From IMG/VR virus record IMGVR_UViG_3300042971_000032: a DNA stretch of 64,000 nt, one strand, 5' to 3'. Below, piece after piece: positions 37,712 through 47,963 of the stretch. Position 1 is the stretch's first letter. Each line of letters begins with the position of its first letter. This DNA is from a virus. The notes under the pieces are model-generated. The model was given only the letters and a program-made list of their open reading frames with translations. It did no database searches and was not told the origin of the DNA. A program made the position numbers and the translations under genes.

Positions 37712-40144
37712 ATGGAAGCAGTAATGGAAAAGCCAGTCGGGACAACTTCGGACGCTGGTCGGGACAGTCCCGATCCCAAGGATCTCATGCTGAAGATTAC
37801 CGTGGGAAACAGCCGGATGGCCGGAATCTGGAATCCGATGGAGATCAGCTTCGGAGATCTCTGTGAGAAGCTGCAGGAGCCGATCCGGACAGCGGAGACA
37901 GTCGCGGAATATAAGAAGATGTCACGGGCAGAACGTGACGAGGCCAAGGATAAAGGCGGCTTTGTCGCAGGCATCTTCAAGGGCAAGCGGAGAAAAAAGG
38001 AAGAGGTCCTGTATCGCACAGCGATCACGCTGGACGAGGATAAGCTGGAGCTCGGCTTCCTTGACTGGTACCGGGAACATCACCGGTATGCGTCGGTGTT
38101 CTATACGACACACAGCCATACGCCGGAAAAGCCAAGAGGCCGGATTGTGATTCCTACGACGCGTCCCATGACGCCGGATGAGACGAACGCGATTGCCCGG
38201 TATCTGGCTGCGGAGTTTGGCATGAGTCAGGTGGATGTCTGCTCGTTTGAGATCAATCAGCTCATGTTCTGGCCGACGTGCCCGTCTGATGGTGAATATA
38301 TCTGCGAGGTATTTGACGGAGTAGTCCTGAACCCGGATACATTCCTTGCCGCACATCCGGACTGGCAGGATGTTACCACCCTGCCAGTATCTCCCGACGA
38401 GAAGAAGGAGTTTGCAAGGCAGCAGAAAAAGCAGGAGGACCCGCTGACCAAGACGGGCATTGTCGGTAACTTCTGCCGGGCGCACTCGATCACGGATGTC
38501 ATGGAGAACATTCTCCCGAACATCTATGAGCCGGGCGATAAAGATGACCGGTGGCATTACATCGGAGCTTCCAGCTCAGCCGGTGTGGTGGTCTATGATG
38601 ACAAGTTTGCCTACAGCCACCACGCCTCGGATCCTGCCTGCAGCCAGCTTCTCAACGCCTTTGATCTTGTGCGGGTGCATCTCTTTGGCGATGACGACCC
38701 GAAGAAGTCCCTCCAGAAAATGTCGGAGTATGCAGCAAACGATGAGGCAACGCAGGAAGAAGCCATGCGCTGGCGGCAGAAGGAGGCAGTGGGTGACTTC
38801 TCGGAAGAGGAAGAGATACCTGCCGACTCTGGCAGCGATAACAGCTGGATGAAGAAACTCCAGCGGAGCCCGAAGTCCGGTGAGCTTATCGGAAACCTGC
38901 ACAACCTTCTTCTCATCATGAAGAACGACCCGTACATGAAGAATATTGTCTTCAACCAGCTGGCAGATGGCATGGAAATCGCCGGGGATGTCCCGTGGAA
39001 GCATCCGGGCCGCTACTGGCGGGATGCGGACGATGCACAGCTGATCTGCTACGTTGATGAGCACTATGGCACCTTTTCACAGCGGAACTTTGACCTTGCT
39101 GTTACAAAGGCGGCGGACGACAGGAGCTATCACCCGATCCGGGATTATTTCAAAAAGCTCCCCAAGTGGGACGGGGTTCCCAGAGTGGAGACACTCCTGA
39201 TCGACTATCTCGGAGCCGAGGATAACGCCTATGTGCATGCCGTCACGAAGAAGGAACTCTGTGCGGCACTTCGGAGAATCAAGGATCCCGGTGCGAAATT
39301 CGACAACATGATCGTTCTGAACGGACCGCAGGGAATCGGCAAGAGCACCCTCATCTCGAAGCTTGGGATGGAGTGGTTCTCAGACTCTCTCAGCATGTCG
39401 GATATGAACGACAAGACGGCAGCCGAGAAGCTGCAGGGCTATTGGATTCATGAAATCGGAGAGCTTGCCGGTATGCGGAAAGCGGATCTCGACAAGGTGA
39501 AGTCCTTTGTCAGCAGACGGGACGATAAGTACCGCGCCAGTTTCGGACGCCGGGTCGAGCCTCATCCGAGGCAGTGTGTCTTTTTCGGAACGACCAATGC
39601 AGAGAAAGGGTATCTCCGGGATATCACCGGAAACCGGCGCTACTGGAACGTGAAGGTCACCGGGCAGGGAAAGTATCACCCGTGGGATCTCAATCAGGAA
39701 ACCATCGACCAGATCTGGGCTGAGGTCAAAGTGCTGGAGCCGGATGAGAAGCTGTACCTTTCTGCGGATCTTGAGGGCTATGCCGAGGGCGAGCAGAAGG
39801 AAGCCATGGAACAGGACGACCGTGAAGGCATGGTGCGAGAGTATCTGGATACCCTCCTTCCGGAGAACTGGGAGGAGATGGCCATCGACGAGAGAAGAAA
39901 CTACTTCCTCTATGGCGACGATCCTCTTCGGGCACAGGGCAAGGTTCAGCGTCAGGTCGTGAGCAACATCGAGATCTGGTGCGAATGCTTCGGCAAGAAG
40001 CAGGCGGACATTGAGCCCAAAGACAGTTATGCCATCGCTGCCATCATGGAGCGCATAGAGAACTGGGAGAAGACTGGAGAGAGGAGATCCGATCATGCGT
40101 ATGGCCGCCAGCGGGTGTATGTGCGAAAGACGGACGATGAGTGA
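37712..40144 (+). CDS. Primase-helicase (VirE family C-terminal ATPase)
   Basis: YTTHSHTPEKPRGR primase-like N-terminus, GPQGIGKST Walker A, HEIGEL, FFGTTN. Confidence 0.9.
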   Translation: MEAVMEKPVGTTSDAGRDSPDPKDLMLKITVGNSRMAGIWNPMEISFGDLCEKLQEPIRTAETVAEYKKMSRAERDEAKDKGGFVAGIFKGKRRKKEEVLYRTAITLDEDKLELGFLDWYREHHRYASVFYTTHSHTPEKPRGRIVIPTTRPMTPDETNAIARYLAAEFGMSQVDVCSFEINQLMFWPTCPSDGEYICEVFDGVVLNPDTFLAAHPDWQDVTTLPVSPDEKKEFARQQKKQEDPLTKTGIVGNFCRAHSITDVMENILPNIYEPGDKDDRWHYIGASSSAGVVVYDDKFAYSHHASDPACSQLLNAFDLVRVHLFGDDDPKKSLQKMSEYAANDEATQEEAMRWRQKEAVGDFSEEEEIPADSGSDNSWMKKLQRSPKSGELIGNLHNLLLIMKNDPYMKNIVFNQLADGMEIAGDVPWKHPGRYWRDADDAQLICYVDEHYGTFSQRNFDLAVTKAADDRSYHPIRDYFKKLPKWDGVPRVETLLIDYLGAEDNAYVHAVTKKELCAALRRIKDPGAKFDNMIVLNGPQGIGKSTLISKLGMEWFSDSLSMSDMNDKTAAEKLQGYWIHEIGELAGMRKADLDKVKSFVSRRDDKYRASFGRRVEPHPRQCVFFGTTNAEKGYLRDITGNRRYWNVKVTGQGKYHPWDLNQETIDQIWAEVKVLEPDEKLYLSADLEGYAEGEQKEAMEQDDREGMVREYLDTLLPENWEEMAIDERRNYFLYGDDPLRAQGKVQRQVVSNIEIWCECFGKKQADIEPKDSYAIAAIMERIENWEKTGERRSDHAYGRQRVYVRKTDDE

Positions 40145-40408
40145 CATCTCATGGGACAAACAGCCCTTGGACGAAGCAGACGGGACAAGCAGAGCTCCAC
40201 CCTGTCCCAATCTGGCTGTCCAGCAGGAAAGCCTTTATTTAAGGGCTTTTCCGGGATGAACTGGCACAACCCTGTTTCTTTTCTATATAGCACAAAATAA
40301 TAAAAATTTTAGTAATAAAAGGACGGGCGCATGTGGGCGCATACGCGTATACGCGCGTAAGGGGATTTTGTGCCTGTCGTCCATCCATTTGTCCCAAAGG
40401 AAGAAGAA

Positions 40409-40753
40409 ATGACGATGCAGAGTCGTAAAGACAGAACGGTAGAGAGGTATATGAGAGCAGGAGCCGCCATGCGGCTGTTCAAGACGGTATATGGCGAGGT
40501 GATCACCACCCTGTCAAAGGTGATGCCGAAACAGGACGTAGAAAAGATCGTCCGGGCGATGGATAAGGTGGAACAGGTCTGTTCTGATACAGAGGATCGC
40601 ATGTTTCTGGAACACCCGGATCTCAGCAATGAATACATCGACGTGTTCTACGGAGATGTTAGAAACGATACAAGAACAGATGTCGACCGGAAAGTAGTGA
40701 AGATGGCGCATGAAATGACGGAGCAGTTGTTTGAAGGAGGAGGAAGAAAATAA
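40409..40753 (+). CDS. Hypothetical protein
   Basis: ORF with RBS in the replication operon. Confidence 0.6.
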   Translation: MTMQSRKDRTVERYMRAGAAMRLFKTVYGEVITTLSKVMPKQDVEKIVRAMDKVEQVCSDTEDRMFLEHPDLSNEYIDVFYGDVRNDTRTDVDRKVVKMAHEMTEQLFEGGGRK

Positions 40754-40992
40754 TGTTTGCTTATACACAGATGGGAACCATTGTGAATCTGGACCGCTTT
40801 GATGGCGTGATCTCCAGCGAGATGAAGTGCGGCAAGGCCTGCGTGTATGCCGTCCGTGGTACCGGGAAGGATCAGGTCCGGATGCCGATTGCGCTTTTTG
40901 ACAGTCTGGCGGATGCCGACGATTCGATCTACCACATGGCAAATGCCATGAACGGAATCGACACGGAGGGTGAAGATGGATGGCATGTGTGA
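40753..40992 (+). CDS. Hypothetical protein
   Basis: GGAGG RBS; translationally coupled. Confidence 0.55.
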   Translation: MFAYTQMGTIVNLDRFDGVISSEMKCGKACVYAVRGTGKDQVRMPIALFDSLADADDSIYHMANAMNGIDTEGEDGWHV

Positions 40993-41269
40993 AAGGGATA
41001 TCGAGCAGCGCCTTGTCACTGCCGTGAAGGCAGCAGGCGGCTGGTGTCCGAAGTTTATCTCTCCCGGCACCAATGGCATGCCGGACCGGATCGTCCTGCT
41101 GCCGGGAGGCAAGATGGGATTTGTGGAAGTGAAGGCACCCGGACAGAAACCAAGAAAGCTGCAGATCCGGAGGCACATCCGCCTCCGGACACTCGGCTTC
41201 AAGGTCTATGTCCTTGATGATCCGGAGGAGATTCCGGAGATACTTGCGGATATTGCGGGAGGTGCATGA
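40970..41269 (+). CDS. VRR-NUC domain protein
   Basis: GMPDRIVLLPGGKMGFVEVKAPG motif. Confidence 0.9.
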   Translation: MKMDGMCERDIEQRLVTAVKAAGGWCPKFISPGTNGMPDRIVLLPGGKMGFVEVKAPGQKPRKLQIRRHIRLRTLGFKVYVLDDPEEIPEILADIAGGA

Positions 41270-41616
41270 TGGGAACTTTGATCGAACTGAAAGATGGAAC
41301 ACTTGCGACGGTCCTCTCCGGAGAGGATCTTCTGTATCTTATCAAAACTCACATGGGGCAGGAGATGAAGGAAGCTGTTGTGGAGTGGATGAACGAGATT
41401 GACTTGCAGCATGCAGACGATGAGGAGTGCATCCACGAACTGAACGAGCTGATCAGCGAGGACCATGCACGCCATAAGCAGGTGATGGAGGAACTCCGGA
41501 CAGAGGCAGCGACCTTGTCAGACCTCATCTGTCAGAAGGATCTCGACCGGGGAGCGATCTCCCATACGGTCGGCAGGATCACTGGCATCATAGGACAGGA
41601 GGTGGGCCGATGTTGA
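41266..41616 (+). CDS. Hypothetical protein
   Basis: GGAGG RBS; coupled to both neighbours. Confidence 0.6.
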   Translation: MMGTLIELKDGTLATVLSGEDLLYLIKTHMGQEMKEAVVEWMNEIDLQHADDEECIHELNELISEDHARHKQVMEELRTEAATLSDLICQKDLDRGAISHTVGRITGIIGQEVGRC

Positions 41617-42995
41617 AGCGGGATCAGCTCCATGATTACCAGAACTACTGCGTGAATTTCATTGAGAGCCACCCGGAGTCGATTCTGATCCTCTCCATGG
41701 GTCTTGGAAAAACGGCGATCTCCCTCACTGCGGTTCTGGACCTGATGTTTGATTCGTTCGAGGTCCATAAAACACTGGTGGTAGCACCGCTCAGGGTGGC
41801 AAGGGATGTGTGGCCGGAGGAATGCAGGGATACCTGGGAGCACACAAGGTTCCTTCAGATGTCGGTGATCGTGGGAGCGGCAAAGGAGCGGTCTGCAGCC
41901 ATGCAGAAGCAGGCAGACGTGTATGTCATAAACCGGGAGAACATCAAATGGCTGGTAGAGTACTTTGAGCAGCGCCATCAGCCGTGGCCGTTCGATCTCT
42001 GTATCATCGATGAGCTGTCGAGCTTCAAGAATTACAAATCACAGCGGTTCAAGTACCTCCGGAAGGTCCGACCGTTCATGAAGCGGATTGTGGGCCTTAC
42101 CGGAACCCCGGCATCGAATGGGCTTCTGGATCTTTTCGGTGAGGTTGCCATTATCGATCAGGGCAAGCGCCTTGGCAGGTTCATCAGCCGGTATCGGGAG
42201 GCGTACTTCAAGCCCGGCAGACAGAATCCTTACACCGGAGTGGTTTATGAATACATCCCTCTGCCGGGTGCCGAGGAGGTGATCTATAAGAAGATCAGTG
42301 ACATCAGTGTATCGATGAAATCCAAGGATTATCTTCCGGATCTGCCTGAGTGCCTGACTGTCACTCACACTGTAGAGATGAGTCCTGCCGAGAAAAAGCA
42401 GTACGACAAAATGAGAGCAAATCTGGTTCTTACGGTCGGTGATGCCGAGATCGATGCCGCCAATGCAGCCGTTCTCTCCGGCAGGCTCTTGGAAATGGCG
42501 AACGGCGCAGTCTACAACGAGGACCATGACGTGATCCGGATCCATGACAGGAAGCTGGAAATGCTATCGGACCTTATCGAGGAGGCAGTTGGCCAGAATG
42601 TCCTGATTGCCTACTGGTACCAGCATGACCGGTCGAGGATATTGGAATACCTATCAGAGCAGGGATATAAAGTCCGGGATCTGAAGACGGCAGAGGATAT
42701 GGCCGACTGGAATGCAGGAAAGATCCCGATTGCCCTGATCTCACCGGCCTCTGCTGGGCATGGTCTGAACCTGCAGCATGGCGGTCATATCCTGATCTGG
42801 TTCTCCCTCTGTTGGAGTCTTGAGATGCGCCAGCAGACCGATGCCAGACTGAACCGGCAGGGACAGACTGAGGTGGTGACGATCCACAATATCGTGACGA
42901 AGGGCACGATTGATGAGGATGTGCTGAAGGCCCTGGAAGATAAGAACTCCACACAAGAGAATCTGATCCGGGCAGTCCGTGCACGCCTGCAATAA
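41610..42995 (+). CDS. SNF2/DEAD-box helicase
   Basis: MGLGKT, IDELS, LTGTP, GHGLNLQ motifs. Confidence 0.92.
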   Translation: MLKRDQLHDYQNYCVNFIESHPESILILSMGLGKTAISLTAVLDLMFDSFEVHKTLVVAPLRVARDVWPEECRDTWEHTRFLQMSVIVGAAKERSAAMQKQADVYVINRENIKWLVEYFEQRHQPWPFDLCIIDELSSFKNYKSQRFKYLRKVRPFMKRIVGLTGTPASNGLLDLFGEVAIIDQGKRLGRFISRYREAYFKPGRQNPYTGVVYEYIPLPGAEEVIYKKISDISVSMKSKDYLPDLPECLTVTHTVEMSPAEKKQYDKMRANLVLTVGDAEIDAANAAVLSGRLLEMANGAVYNEDHDVIRIHDRKLEMLSDLIEEAVGQNVLIAYWYQHDRSRILEYLSEQGYKVRDLKTAEDMADWNAGKIPIALISPASAGHGLNLQHGGHILIWFSLCWSLEMRQQTDARLNRQGQTEVVTIHNIVTKGTIDEDVLKALEDKNSTQENLIRAVRARLQ

Positions 42996-43091
42996 AGCCA
43001 ATCACAGAAAATCAGAGTCAATCAAAGAAAATCAATGACAAACATATGCCAATCCGAGGAACGTATCAACAACCCCTGAAGGAGGCAGCAT

Positions 43092-43328
43092 ATGAACAAG
43101 AACTACGGAGCAGATCCGTATGAGAATCTGGCGAATGCCATCGTGGCACAGGCAGCGAGAGATTATCTGGCGGCGCTGAAAAAGCTGAAAAAGAATCCGG
43201 GGAACCGGACGGCTATGGATGATGCCATGCGGCTGGAGAAGTTCTTTCATTCCGGCTGGTATGGAGTTCTTACTTCTGTAGACCCGGATTACTTGATCCG
43301 GAAGCTGAGAGAGAAGGTGGCGGCATGA
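43092..43328 (+). CDS. Conserved phage hypothetical protein
   Basis: YENLANAIVAQAARDY...FFHSGWYGVLT; GGAGG RBS. Confidence 0.75.
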   Translation: MNKNYGADPYENLANAIVAQAARDYLAALKKLKKNPGNRTAMDDAMRLEKFFHSGWYGVLTSVDPDYLIRKLREKVAA

Positions 43329-43750
43329 CACCAAAGACCTATCTCAATCAGGCGTACCGACTGGAGCAGCGAATCCGGCTGGACACAGAAGAACTGGAAA
43401 ACTTAAGAACGCTGGCAGCCACAGTCAGCAGTCCCGGATTTGAAGAACACTACAATCCGAATCATCCGACCGATGCACCGTTTGTAAAAACGCTGAACCG
43501 GATCTGGGAAATGGAGCAGAAAGTGAAGGACGAGCTGGATCTTCTTCTCCGATTGAAGAAAGAGATACAGTCAGTGATTGCCAAGGTCGATAACACGGAT
43601 GAACGACTGATTCTCACTTACCGGTATCTAAAAAATTATACCTGGGCCAGAATCGGCGATGAGCTCTATGCCGATGAGCGCACGATTCGTAGATGGCATG
43701 ACCGTGCCCTGTCTCATGTGGTGGTACCGGAAAATCCGGTCGTTCTGTAA
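43325..43750 (+). CDS. Late transcriptional activator (DUF1492/ArpU-like)
   Basis: C-terminal HTH (TWARIGDELYADERTIRRWH); located just before the packaging genes. Confidence 0.75.
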   Translation: MTPKTYLNQAYRLEQRIRLDTEELENLRTLAATVSSPGFEEHYNPNHPTDAPFVKTLNRIWEMEQKVKDELDLLLRLKKEIQSVIAKVDNTDERLILTYRYLKNYTWARIGDELYADERTIRRWHDRALSHVVVPENPVVL

Positions 43751-43759
43751 GTGCGCCGG

Positions 43760-43803
43760 AAATGTCCGCAAATGTCCGAGTGCTATATGTGATATGGTAT
43801 AGT
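43760..43803 (+). promoter_or_regulatory. Putative late promoter with tandem activator sites
   Basis: AAATGTCCG repeated at a 10-bp period (43760, 43770), then TG-G-TATAGT extended -10. Confidence 0.55.
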
Positions 43804-43879
43804 CAGTGAAGAAGATAAGATGAAGCCTCGAAGGACCGTTACAGAATCCTCCGGGGCTTTTCTTGTGGAGGTGTGATGG

Positions 43880-44239
43880 ATGCCATACAAACCAAAGGTC
43901 CCGTGCAAGCATCCCGGCTGTAGTGAGCTGGTGGAACCGGGACAGAAGTACTGTGAGAAACACAAGAAGATGCACCCGGAAGAAGTCCGGTCGGCGGCTT
44001 CCAGAGGCTACAACGCAAGATGGAGAAGAGAGAGCAAGAAGTTCTTGGAGCTTCATCCTCTGTGTCAGGAGTGCCTGAAGAACGGCATCGCAACTCCGTC
44101 AACAGTCGTGGATCACATCGTTCCACACCGAGGAGACCCGAAGCTCTTCTGGGACCGGAGCAACTGGGAGACACTCTGTAAGCACCATCACGATCAGAAG
44201 ACGAGGCGAGAAGATCACAATCCGATATATCACTACTGA
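43880..44239 (+). CDS. Terminase-associated HNH endonuclease
   Basis: VVDHIVPHRG...SNWETLCKHHH motif; N-terminal Cys cluster. Confidence 0.9.
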   Translation: MPYKPKVPCKHPGCSELVEPGQKYCEKHKKMHPEEVRSAASRGYNARWRRESKKFLELHPLCQECLKNGIATPSTVVDHIVPHRGDPKLFWDRSNWETLCKHHHDQKTRREDHNPIYHY

Positions 44240-44279
44240 GGGCAGCTTCGGCTGTCCTTTTTGATTGGGAGGAACCACA

Positions 44280-44966
44280 ATGTCTGCTAGCATTCTTATG
44301 CCGATTAATGGCTATCATACAGATAACCCGGTGTTTACCGTTCTTGATAAAGAAGACTATGAGAAGGTCAAATATTGGAGATGGCAGGAATCATCAAGTG
44401 GGTATGCTAGGAGAAACGTAAGCTATAAAAGCGAAGACGGGTCAGTGCATTGGCGGGTTATTGAGTTGCACAGATTCATTATGAGCGTTGTGGACGAACA
44501 GGATAAATCACTGGTGGTTGATCACATCAATGGTGATCGCTTGGATAACAGGAGATCAAACCTGAGACTGGTCTCCCCCTCAGTAAACTCAAGCAACCGG
44601 CATGTGGTTCTGACTGGCAGCGGGACGCTGGGAGTTTCTAAGTGTGGCAGCAAGTACATTGCAAGAGCTAGAAGGAATAAAGTTTCGTACTACTTGGGGG
44701 TATTTGATAGTGCGGATGAAGCAAAAAGAGCAATAGAAGACTTTGATGATTTTGGTGTGGTAAAGGAGATCAAAAGAATCAGACCTGTCGTTCAAGTAGC
44801 TCCTGATGGAACCACGATTGCAGAATATAAAAACTGTAGAGATGCAGCAAACAAAACCGATCTTGTTGCCTCAAACATTAATCGGGTCGTCAATCATAAG
44901 AGAAGGAGCGCAGGAGGATTTCTTTGGAGGTATGCCGATGAATGCTATGAAATCAGTGCATCATAG
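44280..44966 (+). CDS. Free-standing HNH homing endonuclease (C-terminal NUMOD1-like HTH)
   Basis: VDHINGDRLDNRRSNLR; C-terminal YKNCRDAA...SAGGFLWRY; AT-richer than flanks. Confidence 0.8.
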   Translation: MSASILMPINGYHTDNPVFTVLDKEDYEKVKYWRWQESSSGYARRNVSYKSEDGSVHWRVIELHRFIMSVVDEQDKSLVVDHINGDRLDNRRSNLRLVSPSVNSSNRHVVLTGSGTLGVSKCGSKYIARARRNKVSYYLGVFDSADEAKRAIEDFDDFGVVKEIKRIRPVVQVAPDGTTIAEYKNCRDAANKTDLVASNINRVVNHKRRSAGGFLWRYADECYEISAS

Positions 44967-44974
44967 CTAGCTTT

Positions 44975-45095
44975 CTTCGGTCCCCGGGGTGGGGGAGGGA
45001 AAAATCCCAAAAACCAGAGGCACAGGAGACCGTCGGCCCCCTCCGTGTGCGTGAGCGCGATTTTCATACCCCGGGGGTCTGAGGGGTCCCGGGCA
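44975..45095. other. Putative cos / packaging initiation region
   Basis: Non-coding, G/C-run-rich segment (CCCCGGGGTGGGGGAGGG...CCCCCGGGGG) downstream of HNH, as in HK97-like cos phages; inferred from position. Confidence 0.45.
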
Positions 45096-45286
45096 TGAAC
45101 AAATTTACATACCGAAACCGCAGGAAAGCGTGGAAACAAGCGCCTTCTCTGCGGTTTTTTCGTGCGCGGAATGACGCGGCAGTGGCTTGGATTTTCGCGC
45201 ATGAATTTCCATTCCACGCTCGGCAGACTTTCGAGTACGTTCTGACTTTCGAGTACGGAAAATCCGGCAGTGCCGGGGAGGGCGTG

Positions 45287-45559
45287 ATGGATGAGAGCTT
45301 TGAAACACCGGATATCTCGGAATTCCTCGCGTCCTGTGCGAAGCAGTTCTGCCCTTGGTGCGGGAAGCCGATGGGACGGAATCCGATGGGCAGGCCACGG
45401 GTATTCTGCTCAGACCGATGCCGCTGGGCTTACAACAGCTGGCGGTACAGAAAACGAATGAAGGAGAAAGAGAATGGAAACACCAATCCTGAAGAACATA
45501 CCGGTGACGGAATTGAAACCGGCAGCATACAACCCGAGAAAAAAGCTGAAACCGGGTGA
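45287..45559 (+). CDS. Small zinc-finger protein
   Basis: FCPWCGKP...GRPRVFCSDRCR; similar Cys pattern to 8613-9050. Confidence 0.6.
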   Translation: MDESFETPDISEFLASCAKQFCPWCGKPMGRNPMGRPRVFCSDRCRWAYNSWRYRKRMKEKENGNTNPEEHTGDGIETGSIQPEKKAETG

Positions 45560-46751
45560 TAAAGAATACGAGAAGATCAAGAACTCCATCAAGGAGTTCG
45601 GCTTCGCGGATCCGCTTGTCGTGAATTCCGATATGACGATCATCGGAGGACATCAGAGACTGACCGTAGCGATGGACCTTGGCTATACCGAGGTTCCGTG
45701 TGCTGTCGTCAATATTGATAAGACCCGGGAGAAGGCACTGAACATCGCGCTAAACAAGATCACCGGCGCATGGGACGAAGAACTGCTCGCTGATCTCCTG
45801 AAGGACCTCGAAGCGTCGGACTTCAATACAGCGCTCACCGGTTTCGAGCCGCCTGAGATGGAGGCACTGTTCAACAAGGTCGGAGACAACAACGGCCATC
45901 AGGATGACTTCGACACCGAGGCAGAACTGAAAAAGCCGTGCTTCTCCAAGACCGGAGATATCTGGCATCTGGGAAAACACACCCTGATCTGCGGGGACAG
46001 CACCGATCTTGCTACCTACCAGAAGCTGCTCGGTGATACCAAGGTGAATCTGGTCTGCACCGATGCTCCGTACTTCGTAGCGCGGCAGAGCACTTCCGGA
46101 ATGGTGACGAATGATGATCTGAACGATAAGGACGCTTACGAATTCCTGATGAATGCATTCCACGGGATGTATGAGTCTATGGCAGATGATGCGTCCATCT
46201 ATGAATTCTATGCGACGTCCAAGGCACGGATCTTCCATGACGCCTTCGAGGATTCTGGCTTTAAGGTCGGTGCTGGACTTGTCTGGAAGAAGGACAGACT
46301 GGTTCTCACTCGGACCGATTGGAAATACATTCATGAGCCGATCATCTGGGGATGGAAGAAGAAAGGGAAGCATATCTGGTACGGCGATCAGAAGCAGACA
46401 ACCGTATTCGAGTTTCCGAGAATCAAGTCTTCCAAGAAGGAAGGCTACGATCATCCGGACGCGAAACCGGTGCCGCTGATCGCGTATCTGATCCAGCAGT
46501 GCACGCAGACGAACAGCCTTGTCCTCGATCCGTTCATGGGATCCGGCACGACGCTCATTGCCTGCCAGCAGCTTGGACGGATCGCCTACGGCATCGAGTT
46601 GGAACCGAAGTTCGTCGATGTCGAGGTGATGCGTTTCAAGAAGAGTCTGGAAGATGAAGGCGAGACAGCTGAGATTTACCTGATCCGGGACGGTCAGAAG
46701 CTGACACTCGATGAGGCGATTGCAGCGATGCCGAAGGAGGAATCCGCATGA
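45474..46751 (+). CDS. ParB-domain + N4/N6 DNA methyltransferase
   Basis: YNPRK/IIGGHQRL ParB motifs; DAPY motif IV; VLDPFMGSGTT motif I. Confidence 0.88.
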   Translation: METPILKNIPVTELKPAAYNPRKKLKPGDKEYEKIKNSIKEFGFADPLVVNSDMTIIGGHQRLTVAMDLGYTEVPCAVVNIDKTREKALNIALNKITGAWDEELLADLLKDLEASDFNTALTGFEPPEMEALFNKVGDNNGHQDDFDTEAELKKPCFSKTGDIWHLGKHTLICGDSTDLATYQKLLGDTKVNLVCTDAPYFVARQSTSGMVTNDDLNDKDAYEFLMNAFHGMYESMADDASIYEFYATSKARIFHDAFEDSGFKVGAGLVWKKDRLVLTRTDWKYIHEPIIWGWKKKGKHIWYGDQKQTTVFEFPRIKSSKKEGYDHPDAKPVPLIAYLIQQCTQTNSLVLDPFMGSGTTLIACQQLGRIAYGIELEPKFVDVEVMRFKKSLEDEGETAEIYLIRDGQKLTLDEAIAAMPKEESA

Positions 46752-47035
46752 ATGCTGAGGAACGGCTACTGGAGAATGGCTATGACGGAGTCAAGTATCT
46801 CACGAACTACAGCTACGACGATGCTCTGATTGGCGTCACCGATGATGGCAGAGCCGTCTATGACTATGAGCTCATGGTTGAGTGGCTGATGGAGACGGAG
46901 GGATGGTCCTATGAGGATGCTGCCGAATGGGTGAATTACAGCACGATTCGTGCTCTTCCCTACATGGGAGAGGATGCTCCGATTATCCTGAACTGCCTTG
47001 AAGACGTATACATTCGCGTCGATAAGGACGACTAA
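46748..47035 (+). CDS. Hypothetical protein
   Basis: GGAGG RBS; coupled to the methylase gene. Confidence 0.65.
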   Translation: MNAEERLLENGYDGVKYLTNYSYDDALIGVTDDGRAVYDYELMVEWLMETEGWSYEDAAEWVNYSTIRALPYMGEDAPIILNCLEDVYIRVDKDD

Positions 47036-47123
47036 ATTTTGTGCAATCTTATTACAGAAATGAGTTGCTATTACAGCCACGTAGAGTGATGTATGTACTA
47101 CCAAAACAAAGGAGGTACATACC

Positions 47124-47834
47124 ATGAAAGCAGACTACAACATGATAGGAAAAGACAGAAAGGCACTGGTGGATGCCATTGCCGCAATCACCGGAGAGGC
47201 AGCCGAGTACCAGTTTGTACCGACCTGCGCTTACAAGATCGGAAACATCACGGTTGATAAGGAAGGCGGGGTGAGCTGCGACGACGAGGAGAAGCTGAAC
47301 CGGGTGATGGCAGCCCTTGGCGAGAAGGGGTTCCACCCGGCAGCCGACGAGACAGCTGCACAGGAGCCCGCAGAGCCAGAACAGGAGCCGGGGACAGAAG
47401 AGACGGGCCTTACGATCAGCCTGCCACTTTCTTCCGCGAGCGTCGGGAACCTCACCAACCTGCTCACTGCAAAGGGAGACCTGATTCGGAAGGCCCTCGG
47501 GGTGGACGACATCCGCATCGAGGTGACAGAAGACGAGATTCTCTTCCCTTGGTTCAGCAAGGCCCCGGAGGCAGATGAAGCCAAAGCCTACACAGATTTC
47601 ATTGCTGCGATCTGCAAACTTTCCAAAGACCAGAAACATGTGAGCGCGACACCGCATCCGGTCGAGAATGAGAAGTACGCATTCCGCTGCTTCCTACTTC
47701 GACTGGGATTCATCGGTGCCGAGTACAAACCGGAACGGAAGATACTGCTCCGGAACCTTTCTGGAAACAGCAGCTGGAAAAACGGCGCTCCGGAGAAGAC
47801 AGAAACAGACGGGCAGCTGGTGTCAAGAGACTAA
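47124..47834 (+). CDS. Hypothetical protein (paralogue of 9153-9953)
   Basis: Own promoter-like motif and RBS; shared C-terminal ENEKY domain. Confidence 0.75.
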   Translation: MKADYNMIGKDRKALVDAIAAITGEAAEYQFVPTCAYKIGNITVDKEGGVSCDDEEKLNRVMAALGEKGFHPAADETAAQEPAEPEQEPGTEETGLTISLPLSSASVGNLTNLLTAKGDLIRKALGVDDIRIEVTEDEILFPWFSKAPEADEAKAYTDFIAAICKLSKDQKHVSATPHPVENEKYAFRCFLLRLGFIGAEYKPERKILLRNLSGNSSWKNGAPEKTETDGQLVSRD

Positions 47835-47963
47835 AAAATACACGATTCTAAAGAGCCAAATTTGTGAGAAATACACCTCCGAAATGACTGGATATATGTG
47901 CCGGGCAGAGTGATATATACACATGCCAAAGGAAAAGCACACAGCCACAAGGAGGGCATAACC

